Positions 12,501 through 24,111 of a DNA stretch of 64,000 nucleotides are shown here, one piece after another. Source of the DNA: Gekko japonicus (Eukaryota); the NCBI RefSeq assembly GCF_001447785.1, contig NW_015166441.1, positions 755,007 to 819,006 on the forward strand. The letters are read 5' to 3'. The notes under the pieces are model-generated. The model had not been told where the DNA came from, searched no databases, and saw only the letters and a list, made by a program, of their open reading frames with translations. Each line of letters starts with the position of its first letter. Within the stretch, counting starts at the first letter, position 1. The translations under genes and the position numbers were made by a program.

Positions 12501-15500
12501 TTATTTTTAAAATGCAGCATTATTTCTGAATGATCTAAGAGCTGTTTAAATCATATTTTATCTACAGAAGTTTTGGCCATGGATCAGTGGGGCATGCAGA
12601 AAGTTCCAGTCTTTCTTGGATATTCAGTTGAAGGATATCAGGGAGCAGGTGTTGGGAAAAACCTCCCTCTCTGCTGAAGACCCTAAAATACTACTGCCAC
12701 TAAGCTAGATGGACCGATAGTTTGATTCAGTTTAAGGCAGTGTCATATGTTCAGTCTGTTCTGGTGTTTATAACTTTCTTGCCTGGTGAATCTATCATTT
12801 GAAAGCCCTTAACACATTTCTCGGGCAAGCAAGAACACATGAGGAGGTAACCATGCCTCTACAAGAGGTCTATTCCTGAGGAAGTACACAGCACATAAAA
12901 TGTCAAGTGAACATAAAAGACCCAATTATACTATTGCCAAGCTTCCAGCAATGGCAGCTGAACCTCTTCCTCTCAGCTTCAACTATCACGACCTCATAGT
13001 CTTGCGCAATATGACAGTTACTTTACATGGAAGAATCACATGAGGATAAAATGCAAAGCTCTTTTCCTACTGTGAGCAGGGCCTAAACAATTAGCAGCCC
13101 TGTAATATGTCACCTTTCCCCCCGAATCACTTCTAAAAATTGGAATACCTACAGCGTTGTCACAACTCAGAAACAGCACTTTCTTTACCACCACTCCTTA
13201 CACATGCAGGATATGTTTCTACTCTTGTTCCTATGTATTTTCTTCATCCATGCTATGTCAATTCCAGCTTCAGTTAATGAGACTGCTAGCAATCAGTGAT
13301 GATGTGACCATGTCCTTCCCTTCAAGTGAAATGGGAAATCCTGAGCTTTGATAATTTATAGCTTATTAGCATAAAGATCTGCAGAACTGACTTTGCACTT
13401 CCCAACTGCAATCTTCCATATAAGACAATGATGGCTGTTCCTTGACAAATCACCTGCCAACAGAAATCTATACATACCAAAAGATCATTGTCTTCCTCTA
13501 GCTCATCATCATCCTCATCCTCATCCAAGTCCTTCATACAATCTGCAGCCATCTTTTCAATATGATCCGTAGGTAGAGGAGCTGGAGAACAAAATGAAAA
13601 TGGGATAAAACCTGAGAGAGGGAACCCTGAGGTTCAGACACTTGGTGTTAACCATAGAATTACAACAAAGAGGTACCTGAAAGACCCTTCTCCAGTAAGG
13701 AGCCCATATATCAACTCCATTCTGTCTAACAACCTGCCCTGTGCCTTCTTTTAGGGAGGTAAGACCAGCTACAGCCCATCATAGGGCTTTTTCAGTGGTG
13801 GTTCCACTTACATGGAACGTATGCAGTGAGGTGAAAAGGCTATACCATCCTTATTTCTCCTTTAAGACAGCTTGAAATGTGGCATTATGTTGACAGGCTT
13901 CTCATTGATTCTTGGGTTTTTAGATTTTTATCGTCTGTGTTGTTGGATTAACAGATTACAAAATATTGTTAATTTTAAATTAATTTTACTGTTTATATAT
14001 ATTTGCATATCGTATGGAAACAGGAAAGGCAGTCTATAACTAAAGGTGGAATAAAGGTCAAATAAAGTAGCTGCTACTCTGGACTAACCTTATTTCCCTA
14101 AGAAACGATCACCAATTCTCCTGGAGAGTTTGGGAGCTAAAGATGCAACACAGTGGCCTACATACAGCCTTGCCCACACAGGGCTATATTGTCACTGTAA
14201 TATGCATCCTCATGAGACTGTAGTTGTTGAATAGAGGCTGAATGCTTTCAGCCACGTTTTATCCACATTGTACAACTGATCTTCCAGTACAGCAAAGGCA
14301 AAAGCCTGCAAGTACAAGTTCAAATGGATGTATATATGTTCACACACACATTTTCTAACCAGGCGAGAGCTAACTCTTTCAAGCAGCACAGGCCACCCAT
14401 ACTGCATGTGACACTGGCAGCAATGGCATATGCAATGGTGGGGGTAGGGAAAAACATGCCTGCCCACCAGTGTGTTCCTTCCTTTAGGAACTCTGTTATG
14501 CTTCGTACGTCCACCTGCCACCCCTTCGCTTGCAGTAAAAACGGCTACCATACTTTTGAGGGTGCTGATCATGTATGATATGAGGAGTACTCTAAGTACT
14601 AGTCTCTTGCTTCTAACCCTGAGGGACAGACCCTTCCTTGGTTCGAATATCTTCAGTTAAAGCATCTAGTCCATTGATAAAATAGCTTTTAGTAAACCTC
14701 TGAGTTTGTATGAACGACTACTGAACTCTAAAGTATTCCACAAAGAGGGGATGGTCTCCATGCTTTACAAGTTTCTTTTGACAAATCTAGAACTACCCAC
14801 TGCCTCTTTTCAAACTGCATGGCATAAAGACTTAAATAAGCACCTCACAGAGGAACAATAGACCAGAATTTGGGTTTCATCGATATATACCTCACGGTCA
14901 ACGCTTATCCACACCCAATTGGTCAATCTTCTTTTAAGATGGTAGCTAACTCCAGTCACACTAGCACATGTTAACCCATTAAATTCCCCCCTTTGTTGGA
15001 AACAGTGTGGGGGAAAGGACACCTACTTCCACAACTGGTGGACGTGTCCACTCATAGAGGATTTTTGGAACCAAATCATACTGGTTATAAAACAATGGAC
15101 TGGCCATATGGTCATTAAAGACCCTGCTCCTATCCTTTTAAATGTATGGCTCAAAACCAAAATCCCGAAACATGACAGGAACCTAATTGCAGTTCTATTT
15201 ACAGTGGCAAAAAATGTTATTGCTCAAGCAATGGAAACTTCATACTATTCCGTCATTACACCAGTGGCTCCTTAAGGTCTGGGACTACTTTATTTTTGAC
15301 AAGATCTCTGAACAGACTTCTCAGTCATGTATGGTTGCTCCTTCCGAGAGCTTAATGCTTAAATGGGCCCCCTTCATCAATGCTAATATTGGCCCACAGA
15401 TGTCTGCAGCACAACTTAGTGTAGACTTTTGCTCTCTCTACCTATTCTCATGAATATTATTAGGATGGTTTATTATAGCTTGCTATAAGTGGTTGTTTAA

Positions 15501-18500
15501 TTGTCAGTGTGAAGTTCACTTATTGTGTTTCATGTTATCAGTGTTTTCCATTATATGGTTTGAATGGTTTTACTCTGTTACTTTAACTGCAGTTTCTTGG
15601 TATTGTATTGTATTTATACTACACCTAATTTTAAAAAAAACCCTGAGGGACAGGGCACTTTATTTTGCTTCAGAGATGGGGAACACAGGCCAATAAGGAA
15701 CTAACAGGGACATAAAACCTGAGACTCTCAGCTCCAGCCTTAAGAATCTGCTCTCTAGACCTCTAGCTCTGCTGAACTATCATTATTAAATTATTTTTCT
15801 CTCAGCCAACTCCTCTTCTATTGTCTTTATGAGCTTATACTCATGAGCTTTAAGGCTTGTATATATAGCTCACCCCCTCCTACTTTTGTATCGTCTCCTC
15901 CTTCCTCATGTTCTGCCATCTGTCCAACCCCCCCTGTCATCTTCTCTGTTTGACTCCTATTGCTGACTTCAGTGATTGCTCTTGTAGCCTGAATTCCTAT
16001 TTAAGCATGCCTAATTCTTACCATTGCAGAAAGGGGAAGAGCACAACACAAGATCCACTGAGAAAAGCAAGGAAAGAGATGCACAATCCCAAGACTTCCT
16101 AGGCTCAGTGCACATAAAGAAGGGGCAAGTACACATACATGTGCATTAACAAGTCTGAAGAAGCCCTAAAAATCTGTCATGTGTGTTACTGTGAAAAGCC
16201 AGTATTGGAGACTACAAACGTACCAGCAAACAGTTAAAAGCTTCCATTTTGGACATTCAAGGTAACATATACAGCACATTGTGCAGGAAACTAGTCAAAT
16301 TATTAATACAGAACAGGTATCAAGTGACACCTTAAAGACTAACATTTATTCCAGGTTAAGCCTTCATGAGTCAGAGTTCACTTCTTCAGATGCATAAACT
16401 CTCTTGTTGTTACAAACTAACATGGCTTTGCTATGGAATTAGGTTTAGACTACTGTTTTCCACCATGGATGAAAAAGTTTATCTTTATTTCTAGGCTGGA
16501 TTGGCCTAACTTCAGCTTTGACACAATGACTCTAGTTGCTAAATTAAAATTTCTTTCTGCAAATGAGATCTTGATTAAATTCTACATAGCAAAAGCAAAA
16601 ATCCCCAACTAAATGCTAACGTCTTTTTAATTTTAAAAAATACCTTTTTTCTTTTGAACAAACTTACTCTTTCCTTTAGGCTTTGTCTTCCCAGTGGACA
16701 CATTCTCTCCTGTGATAGCAGCCAGTTCTGCTTCTAGGTCCCCATCATCACCATCCTCCTCCATTTTTCGCATCATCTCTTCGGGGCTGAACTCTAGAAA
16801 AAGTCCCAGCTGTTGGCAAGAGAGAAAATGCTCTGGTGAGGACAGCAGGCTTATCACAGCCACTGCAATATTAGCGCTGTGTGAACATCTCTACATGTTA
16901 CAAACTAAAATGTCAAACGGGCTTAATTTGCCTTAAACCAACGCTGTAAACCTGTTTGCCTAAAACTAAGTTCCACTGCCAACAGACATCAATACATCTA
17001 ATTCTCAACATAGCCCCAATCCAAATAAATCTGTGGATTGGGGCAATGTAGAGAGTAAGGGCATTTTTCTACAAACTACAGTTTTTAAAATAGAGGGAGT
17101 TAAATCCTCCCCAAACTGAACAGTGTTGCCTGCCTTGGTTGGATGGTGTGTGGGAGATGGGGGGGGAGCCACTGCCGCCTGAGCCAGATAACCAGAGGCC
17201 ATGGCAACACTGTAGGCAGGCAGGCAGGCAGAAGAGAGAGGGAGAGCCCCTCTCTTCCCACCACTCTCTACAGAGACGGGTGGGCAGACAGAGCAGTGGA
17301 GAGTGTGAAGAGGAGCGGGTGAGATCCTCCCTCCCCTTTCCACTGCTAAGGAGTGGAGTGGGAGCCTGAGCACCCCCACTCTCTGGTGGCACTGTGGGCT
17401 GCCAGACAGCCAAGAGAGCAAAGGGTGTGCGTGAAGATGAATCCCCATATAAGTCGTGCGGGTCCCTGCTTGTATAGTCTGTTTTCAGGCACATGAATCT
17501 AAACAATTCAGTTCTCAAGATTTGAAAGGAGCTGTTATTTTAATGATACGGAGTAATCAAAGTCAGTGATAAACAAAGCTAAATTATATATCAAAAATTT
17601 GCTCACAACAAAGAAAATATACTTGCCCCCACTCCAGGGAAATGTGGGGAAATATGGCTTCTCTCTTTAGAACCTGCAGAAGTTCAGCCATGTGTAAATA
17701 ACTGGGAGAAAACTGGTATAGACAGTAATAATGATAAAATAAACCATGCAAATTCATATTTGTAAAGCTGCAAAATCTATATGTATATTCTTGGTTCAAA
17801 AGACTGCATTTGAGACTACTGAATTATCATTTGAACTTTTGTAAAATTTAGATATTTTAAAATGTTGAATCTTTTGCAAAAAGACTGTAACAATAAGTAG
17901 AGTTATGGGTGTAATGCATAGGCACATACAAAAGACTGGTAATTCATCCTTACCCATGAATAAGAGCAACCAAGCTTCCGATCTTTGGTGTCTCAATGGC
18001 GGATGCGTTCCTGGAGCTCCCAGGGACGCGATCTGCATGCCAGTAGTTGGGAGGGGGTGTGATCGTACACACTCCCCCGGGGCCCTTACGTTGGGTCCCC
18101 AGCCATGGGGCGCTAAAAAGTTGCCTCTCCTCTGGCACGCTGCCGGAGAATTGAGACTCCCTTCTGCCCTGACGGTCCTGCTGCTGTGCGTCCACTATGG
18201 ATCTCAAGCCGCTGACCAGGACAAGCGCATGGAGGCCGAGCGAGCAACACGTACCTTTGGCGAGGTCTTCGGGCCGACATGAACTGTGAGTCCATGAAAG
18301 CGAAAACACCAGGATAAAGGCAGAAAGCCCCCCCCCCCGCAATAAAAGTAAGTGAGGGGAGGGAACTTCCCAAACGCAAAGACAGAGGCCTCTCCAAAGG
18401 GGGGAGGCAGCCATAAAAGCAAAACGGAGCTGTTTTAAGAACTTCATAAGAGATTTACAAGCATTAGCGCGAACTTTAGAGACTTTTGGCAAACTACTCT

Positions 18501-21500
18501 TAAAGATAAACATCCCCAAAGTTGGCGGGCAAAAAAACTGAGAAGGATAAGCAAGCGAAACTTAAGCTTTCTTCAGGAAGCCCAAGTCCAGCTGGGCTGG
18601 TCAGCCGACCGGAAACTTCCACAGACATTTCAAAGATGTTAGCAGACTCTTTGCGCCTCTGCTGGAACAAATGACAAACATAAACGAGCAACTGACAACT
18701 TTAAATCAGAACTTCGCAGCCCAGCAGCTCCGGCTAAGCGAAATTAACAAAAAGACTGAGCAGACAGCCAAGACGGTGAAGGAGGTGGATGCCAAGTCTA
18801 AAAAGGTTAAAAAATGTGTGCAGATGTTGGAAAAGAAGAGAACATCTGATAAATCACAGCGCTTGCAACTCCAAATGGAAAAAGCAAGCTTTGTCCTGAG
18901 ATTTCAGGGGCACCCTGAAACTAAGGGGGAGAATCTGAAACAAATTCTGATTGATGCCTTGGCCCCGATTGCAGATTTAAAAGCGGATTATATTCAAAAC
19001 GAGATGGATGTGGTCTATAGATCATATTCAGAATATATAAAGAAGAAAACTCTGCCAGAGGAGATAGCGGTCAGATTCTCAAAAAGGCATGTGAGGGATC
19101 AAATCCTGAAAGCAACATCAGGAATGTCCCTAAAAATCGAGGGCAAGGAAATAAGGGTTTTGAAAGATATTCCATTTGAAATTAGGAAGAGAAAGAAATT
19201 TAAAGACTTGGCAAGGTTTTTGCAAACAACCAACATCCCTTACAGATGGTTGGTACCCGAGAACATCCTTTTAAAGATAAACGACAAGAAAGAAAGAATT
19301 AACATTGCTAAGCAGCAACTTGGTTCTACAGGAGAGGACGACAAAGAAGACGATGACAGTGACAAAAGAAACGACAATGACTCTGATGCTACAACTTCTG
19401 AAGAAGATTCCGATTCGCAACGTGGGGTAGCCGCTCCCAAACAAGACTATCAATTGAGTAATAGAAGAGGAAAAAATGAGATGCTGAATGACTCTGAAGT
19501 TAGCCTTAAGTGGATTATTATTAGCGGGGGTTTTGTGGTATTTCTTGAACAGTTATTTTAACTGTTTTTGATAACACAAGCATACATATATTGATCACAC
19601 TCAATGTAACTAATAATCTCTCTAACAATTTAGCAAATTTTTATATGCTTTGTAATAGCCACCACCTCTTGGGTTTTTAGAGGGTTTTCTTTCCTTTCAC
19701 CTGTAGTTTGTAGATACCCTCCCTTATTTCTTTGTAGTTTATAGAAAATGCAATAAAAAATATCCCTTCGGGGGTTGAAAACAAAAACCAAAACCAAGAG
19801 CAACCGAACAATCTCATGGCATACACTAAACACAGCTAAAACAAATTTCATCCAAGATGCACTATCTATGCTGGCCACAAGACAAATAGAGTTAAATGCA
19901 CTTTAAGGTATTGATTTCAATAGGCTTAAAAGGTAAAGGTTCCCTTGCTCGAAAGCCAGTCGAATCCAACTCTAGGGTTGCAGTGCTCATCTCTGTTTCA
20001 AAGCCGAAGAGCCAACGCTGTCCGAAGACATTTCCGTGGTCATCTGGCTGGCATGACTAAACACCAAGGCACACGGAACACTGTTACCTTCCCACCGAAG
20101 TGGTACCTATTTATCTACTTGCAATTTCTTGCTTTCGAACTGCTAGGTTGGCAGGAGTCAATGGGCTTAAGTATGCTTAAATGTGTGCTGGATCATCTTC
20201 ACTACTGTTACCCTTTTACGGATGTAATACTTAATTTTTCTTTACTGCCCCACTTTTTCAGTTTTAACCTCCAGAGCCTTTTCCCTTTATTATTCAAACC
20301 AAAGCTCCTCAATTTGTAAACAGCTCAGATATCTCCAGGTTGTGAATCTTGGCCAGCATGGTGTAGTCAGAATAGGGAGACAGAAGTTCAAATCCCCACT
20401 GTACTATGAAACTCAAATGTCTGACTCTGGGCTTTTCTCAGCCTAACTTTTCTCACAAGATTGTTATGCGAATAAAATGGAATAAGGAAGAAACAAGTAT
20501 GCCTTGCCAAGCTCCCTGGAGGAATGGCGGAATAAAAATGTGCCACATTATCTCACACAGACTTCCTTTCAGAAAGATCATGACTACTACTCTGTAAGAC
20601 CTGCAGCCCAGTCATTTTTTAAAAAGCCAAATTAGCTGGTAAGTCTGGGATGTGTTGCTTTACCCAGCAGCATAAAGAACCACTTACCTGAACCGAGTTA
20701 TTTGTGCTGCTTTTCCTTCCTTCTCTCTACATCCTCTGTTAATGACACAGTAGCCTGGACAATATATGCTGGTTTGTAGGATGCTGAGGAATCGTACTTC
20801 AAAGGATTATTCTAGATCTCAACAGTTTCTGGTCCCTTCCATAAATACATGTTACAAATAATTGACTAGATCTGCTCTAATCATTTACACTGCAGTCCTA
20901 AACAGTCAATGGGCTTACAAGGTTGTAACTGCTTTAAAGCTCACTGTTATTGTATGAAATAACACAGGGCGCTAAGCTACCCTGTCATATACCCACTTTA
21001 GAATGTGATAGTAAATAATAAATCTGGCACTTCTACCAACACATTGACAATAAAAAGACTATGAAAACAAGAAAAAAAGCTGATTTAAACAACCAAGAGC
21101 CAGGTATTCTGGCTCTTTCTTGCTCCCCTCTAAAGATAGCATTCTGAGCATTTCAATTATCAGAAGTTTTCCTAAGCATTCAAGAGCTGGTAAAAATTCT
21201 GATGGGAGCCTAAGACTCTTATAATGGAGAATGACTCATCAGGTCACAAGGCAAAGATTTCAAGGATAAATTGCCTAACAGAGTATAGTAACAAGAGTCT
21301 AGCTGGGCATCTGTAAGGGCTTGTTTAAATCTAGGATAACCTGCCACGCAGAAACCATACAGCTTGAGATACATGTATAATTCAAAACTGGAGTAAAGTC
21401 TATGAGTGAATTCCTGATGCACATAAAACATAGACTATCAAATGCACCAATTTTCAACTATTATAGATGTAAGAAAAAGACATATTCTATAGTGTCTTGA

Positions 21501-21667
21501 GTTACAGAAACACAATGAAAAGTTGCACAAACAAAATGGGCTTAATGCTGGAACATTCTTCTAACAAGGTACACATACTGCTAGTAGAAAGATTTATATA
21601 CCTGCTTTGCTGCAGCAGCTCCCTGACCCTTTTGTTGGGGGTTTTTCCTGGGTCTTCTACCAAGCAT
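392..21667 (-). CDS. CC2D1B: Coiled-coil and C2 domain-containing protein 1B (Lgd homolog), 5' portion; continues beyond window start
   Basis: Phase-consistent GT-AG exons 21602-21667, 16668-16809, 13478-13581, 12244-12351, 10945-11073, 9584-9887, 9277-9401, 4361-4436, 710-820, 392-522. Translation MLGRRPRKNPQQKGQGAAAAKQLGLFLEF...DLEAELAAITG... with DM14 repeats (EERITNYKAA..RRYERGLK; REKEYKLAALKAK; LQQRLEKYKAAA..RMHERIAK). Synteny with ORC1 favours 1B over 1A. Confidence 0.93.
710..820 (-). CDS. CC2D1B: CC2D1B linker exon (LESAGKMCVPPKPAPSIP...EAS)
   Basis: cag/gtgaga, 111 nt, symmetric phase 1, open frame. Confidence 0.8.
829..1190 (-). mobile_element. 3' end of an L2-type LINE/SINE with (AAAT)n tail
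   Basis: Reverse strand reads tgttagccgccctgagcctccgggaaagggcgggatgtaaat(aaat)n; 5' boundary uncertain. Confidence 0.6.
1435..1628 (+). mobile_element. tRNA-derived SINE (Squam3/MIR-like)
   Basis: A box tggtgtcgtggtta, B box ggttcaaaccc, core gttgttgtgaggataaaatggag. Confidence 0.7.
3259..3688 (+). mobile_element. Squam3-like SINE containing a nested hAT MITE
   Basis: ggagaactgggtttgattccccactcctc...ctctctcagccccacctacctc...gggaaaggaga...(tct)n tail. Confidence 0.8.
3398..3577. mobile_element. hAT-type MITE
   Basis: TIRs CAGTGTTCCCTCTAAGCTG / CAGCTTAGAGGGAGCATTG; 8-bp TSD ctcaaagg/ctcacagg; second copy at 52930. Confidence 0.88.
4361..4436 (-). CDS. CC2D1B: CC2D1B exon (KFIMVLEALDSGHSVDLKDMPPAPD)
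   Basis: cag/gtaaga, 76 nt. Confidence 0.92.
4951..5450 (-). mobile_element. Composite SINE-like element: Sauria-like segment, CpG-rich core, L2-type tail
   Basis: Flanking direct repeat tttctaat (4943-4950 and 5451-5458); tail at 4954-5035; Sauria-like motif at 5364-5417. Confidence 0.55.
6084..6313. repeat. Inverted repeat, 92-bp arms and 46-nt loop
   Basis: Arms 6084-6175 and 6222-6313 are reverse complements with about 10 mismatches. Confidence 0.9.
6317..8200 (-). mobile_element. RTE/BovB-like LINE, 3'-truncated, internally deleted, decayed
   Basis: APE endonuclease ELKWTGLGHF..YSG..RIISIRL..ILQVY..LIGDWN.KVG; RT segment KALDCVDHEKLWLVLKEIGVPQHLIVLMHNLY. Confidence 0.9.
8590..8745 (+). 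mobile_element. Decayed L2 reverse transcriptase fragment
   Basis: Degenerate DTIDH..LL..L..GVGGTVL.WF..YLEGRYQKMVLG. Confidence 0.5.
9277..9401 (-). CDS. CC2D1B: CC2D1B exon, DM14 repeat 2
   Basis: REKEYKLAALKAKQEGDLEKAKEYMRTGK; cag/gtaagg. Confidence 0.92.
9584..9887 (-). CDS. CC2D1B: CC2D1B exon (TLEAMLTAVRKGKKVNEEEMPPPVA...)
   Basis: tag/gtaagt, 304 nt, phase 0 to 1. Confidence 0.9.
10945..11073 (-). CDS. CC2D1B: CC2D1B exon, DM14 repeat 1
   Basis: EERITNYKAAIMNAKKAGESAKVRRYERGLK; GAG acceptor after a long pyrimidine tract, gtatg donor. Confidence 0.88.
12244..12351 (-). CDS. CC2D1B: CC2D1B exon (AELQEVLGEGG...ELPTQ)
   Basis: tag/gtaggt, 108 nt, ELQEVLG motif. Confidence 0.88.
13478..13581 (-). 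CDS. CC2D1B: CC2D1B exon (PLPTDHIEKMAADCMKDLDEDE...DLL)
   Basis: cag/gtatgt, phase 1 to 0. Confidence 0.92.
14560..15640 (+). mobile_element. 5'-truncated L1-clade LINE (ORF2 C-terminus and 3'UTR)
   Basis: Zinc knuckle CWKQCGGKDTYFHNWWTCPLIEDFWNQI; T-rich 3'UTR; A-tail near 15633. Confidence 0.8.
16315..16425 (-). mobile_element. Penelope-like terminal fragment
   Basis: caccttaaagactaaca...cacttcttcagat motif shared with the copies at 52103 and 63722. Confidence 0.65.
16668..16809 (-). CDS. CC2D1B: CC2D1B exon (LGLFLEFSPEEMM...KPKGK)
   Basis: cag acceptor, gtaagt donor, phase 0 to 1. Confidence 0.92.
17972..19795 (+). mobile_element. Full-length ORF1-only L1-derived element (HAL1-like)
   Basis: TSD aagagcaacc (17962-17971 and 19796-19805); CpG-rich 5'UTR with ATGGCGG; ORF 18671-19561 is L1 ORF1p-like; AATAAA at 19752; A-rich tail; no ORF2. 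Confidence 0.85.
18671..19561 (+). CDS. L1 ORF1p-like RNA-binding protein (coiled coil, RRM, CTD) with acidic tail, 296 aa; probably N-terminally decayed
   Basis: Heptad-rich N-terminus, LRFQGHPE, IAVRF..RDQIL, IRVLKDIP..IRKRK, IPYRWLVP. Confidence 0.75.
   Translation: MTNINEQLTTLNQNFAAQQLRLSEINKKTEQTAKTVKEVDAKSKKVKKCVQMLEKKRTSDKSQRLQLQMEKASFVLRFQGHPETKGENLKQILIDALAPIADLKADYIQNEMDVVYRSYSEYIKKKTLPEEIAVRFSKRHVRDQILKATSGMSLKIEGKEIRVLKDIPFEIRKRKKFKDLARFLQTTNIPYRWLVPENILLKINDKKERINIAKQQLGSTGEDDKEDDDSDKRNDNDSDATTSEEDSDSQRGVAAPKQDYQLSNRRGKNEMLNDSEVSLKWIIISGGFVVFLEQLF
19928..20157 (-). mobile_element. Sauria SINE
   Basis: aaaggtaaaggttccc..gtggtcat.tggc.ggcatgact..ggtacctatttatctact..ctttcgaactgctaggttggcagga. 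Confidence 0.85.
20352..20545 (+). mobile_element. tRNA-derived SINE (Squam3/MIR-like)
   Basis: gccagcatggtgtagt A box, gttcaaatccc B box, ctcagcctaac..ttgttatgcgaataaaatgga core. Confidence 0.7.
21602..21667 (-). CDS. CC2D1B: CC2D1B first coding exon (MLGRRPRKNPQQKGQGAAAAKQ)
   Basis: ATG at 21667, donor CAG|gtatat. Confidence 0.9.
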
Positions 21668-22639
21668 TTTGACTCACGACCACCAAATGCTTTGACGAGT
21701 CCACAAAAATTACCTATGCCCAAATACAATAAACAGCAATTATGTATAGCCATTTCCTGTTAAAACATGCAAATCATTCTTATTGGAAACTAGGTCTGAA
21801 AAACTTCAGTCTACCACCTCCTGGGCTGCTATAAACCTAATTCAAGTAAACACGCAACAAAGCTTGTCCCCTTAGATACGCTTGAACATCAGGCAATGAA
21901 CTGGACATTGTTTCCTGAATTACCTGAAATGGCAATCTCACAGAAGCTTTTAAAAATTGGTGTGCTTCTTTATTTGATTACAGAAAGGCCACAACCAGCC
22001 ATTTCAGTACTGACTTCACAACTATTAATTAATTAAAATTATTCAAAAGAGAGATCCTGGGGCTCATAATTGGATAGAGGCTACACCATCAGAATGGAAA
22101 TGTTGCTGGCCCAGTCCCAGGGTAGAAGAGGGGAGAGACATTCATATAGCACATTCTTTGACTGAATAAAAACACAGATTAAGATCTAGCATTTTCATCA
22201 TTAAAAATTTTTTGGGACTGCTCCCCTCCATCATCTGACTCACTTGAGATGTGCCTTACTGCAAACTCTGTAGGGGGAAACAGACCCTCTAGACCTGCTG
22301 AAGGGTGCTCTTTGTTATTACTTTCCATATCCCATAGCTGATGCCTTGGTGATCAACACATTCTGAGGCTCTTCGGGCTCAAATTAAGCCTTACACCTGC
22401 AAATGAGCCAAAAATGAGCATTACTGTCATTTTTCTGCACTGTTATTTCCTTAGGACAAACAGCTGGGCTTAGTATCGGAAACCACCATCCTCTGTATTA
22501 AAGTACCATTAACTTCTAGGGGCCCCTGAATCACGTTCATACACGGTAACTTGCATGTGTGACGAGATGCCACCACACAACAAACGCAGCTTTCATGGCA
22601 ACTGATATCAACTGGAACCCAAGACTTTGTAGAAGCAGT

Positions 22640-23400
22640 TCTCACGTTCAGGTACGAGGTGACCGAGGACCGTGCAACACGCGAATCAGTGCAGTCCCCA
22701 GTCCATAAGCAGCCAGTCGGCAACCACCCACCGCCTCCAAGGAGTCCACTCTGCCGGGGAAGGCTAAGAGCCACGAAATCAGATTACGCTCTGGGCTCAG
22801 TTAACAACAAACCGTCTGCCAGGACAGAGGCAGGAGCAGGAAGAGAAGGAGAAGGAACGGAAAGGGGTTCAGGCTAAACATCAGCAGCTGTCGCCCCCTG
22901 CTCAGGTGATAGCCACAGGAGACCAGGGCTGAGGGACGCTAGCCCATCCGACGACCCCGTCAAGAACGGGCGGCGCCCGAAACCACAAACTCACCTCCCG
23001 CAGCAGCCGACAAGCCCCGGCGCAGCACACAGGAAGCGCGGCGGCGCGCTCTTTCCACACCCACTCCGCCTCAGAAAAGGCCTGCACCAAGAGGCCCAGC
23101 AACGCACATGCGCAGACTGCGAGAAACAGGAGAATGGATAGGAGGCGGAGCTACCAGGCGAGGCGGGCGGGTAAAGAGATGGGCAGGGCGAACAGGCCGT
23201 GGGAGCATACCTGTCGCCAAAGGGCGGGCTCGTGGCAGTAGCCGGCTAGTCTGCCTTGCGATTTCGGAAGAAGAGCCACACGTTAGTTTTAGAATTGTAT
23301 TTGTGTAAAGGATTAGGTGGAACGGGGGGAAAACACCAACCCGCCAGAGCAAGAACGGAAGAGAGAACAAACGCCTTCTCAAGTCACCGCAAAGATGACA
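22640..23400 (-). promoter_or_regulatory. CC2D1B CpG-island promoter and non-coding exon 1 (donor GAG|gtgagt at 22995)
   Basis: CpG-rich; NRF1-like TGCGCATGTGCG at 23103-23114; GC boxes near 23141, 23161 and 23221; strong donor. Confidence 0.75.
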
Positions 23401-23497
23401 CTTTGCTGATTCAGCGCTGACTGGCTGTTTACTTCTGTAGAGCAGTTTATGGCGTCATGGTACTGCTTTGAACAAAGTTCGAGTCCAGTGGCACCGT

Positions 23498-23762
23498 AAG
23501 AACATAAGAAAAGACCTGCTGGACCAGACCCGTGGTCCATCGAGTCTAGCATCCTGTCTCACTCAGTGGCCAGCCAGTTCCTTCTGAGGCCTTCCCCTGA
23601 TGTTGCCTCCGGGCTCTGGGATTCAGAGGCACTAAGCCTCAGTCACCATGGCTAGTAGCCAGTGATAAAGTTAATCTCCATGAATCTATCTAATCCCCTT
23701 TTAAAGCTGTTTATTCCTGTGGCCATCACTACATTCTCTGACAGCAAATTCCACATTTTATT
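23498..23762 (-). mobile_element. CR1 LINE 3' end
   Basis: taagaacataaga..ccatc.agtc.agca..cagtggcc..tagcca.tgat..tctaatcccct tail motif. Confidence 0.75.
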
Positions 23763-23775
23763 TTTGTACACTACA

Positions 23776-24111
23776 CAGGGCTATTTTGGGGCAGGAACAG
23801 AGTTCCAGCTGGCTTCAGTGTTCACCACGCCCACTGCAGCCAAAACCTCTCAATGCCTGACTTACAGAGGGAAGGCCTGGAGAGCGACCCCCCCCCAGGT
23901 GGGCGGGCCGAGGGCCCCCTGGAAGGATTGGGGAGTCATTTAAATGCGGGGTGCCCAGGCAAGCCAAGGGAAGGCATGGGGATGTGGCCTAATATGCTAA
24001 TGAGCTGTGATATCAGAGATGTGGCCTAATATGCTAATAAGTTTCTGCTGTTGGGTGTGGCCTCTAATGCTAATGAGTTCCTGCTGGGCTTTTTCTACAA
24101 AAAAAGCCCTG
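23776..24111. mobile_element. hAT-type MITE with internal gtggcctaatatgctaat repeats
   Basis: Termini CAGGGCTATTTT / AAAAAAGCCCTG; degenerate 8-bp TSD acactaca/atagtaca. Confidence 0.75.

Noticed and set aside
18671-19561. Domesticated host gene (L1TD1-like)
   Set aside because: It sits in a TSD-flanked element with a paralogous decayed copy nearby, and its upstream part looks frameshifted; no evidence of domestication from this window.
23975-24085. CRISPR-like spaced repeats (gtggcctaatatgctaat x3)
   Set aside because: Eukaryotic DNA; these are internal subrepeats of a hAT MITE and there are no cas genes.
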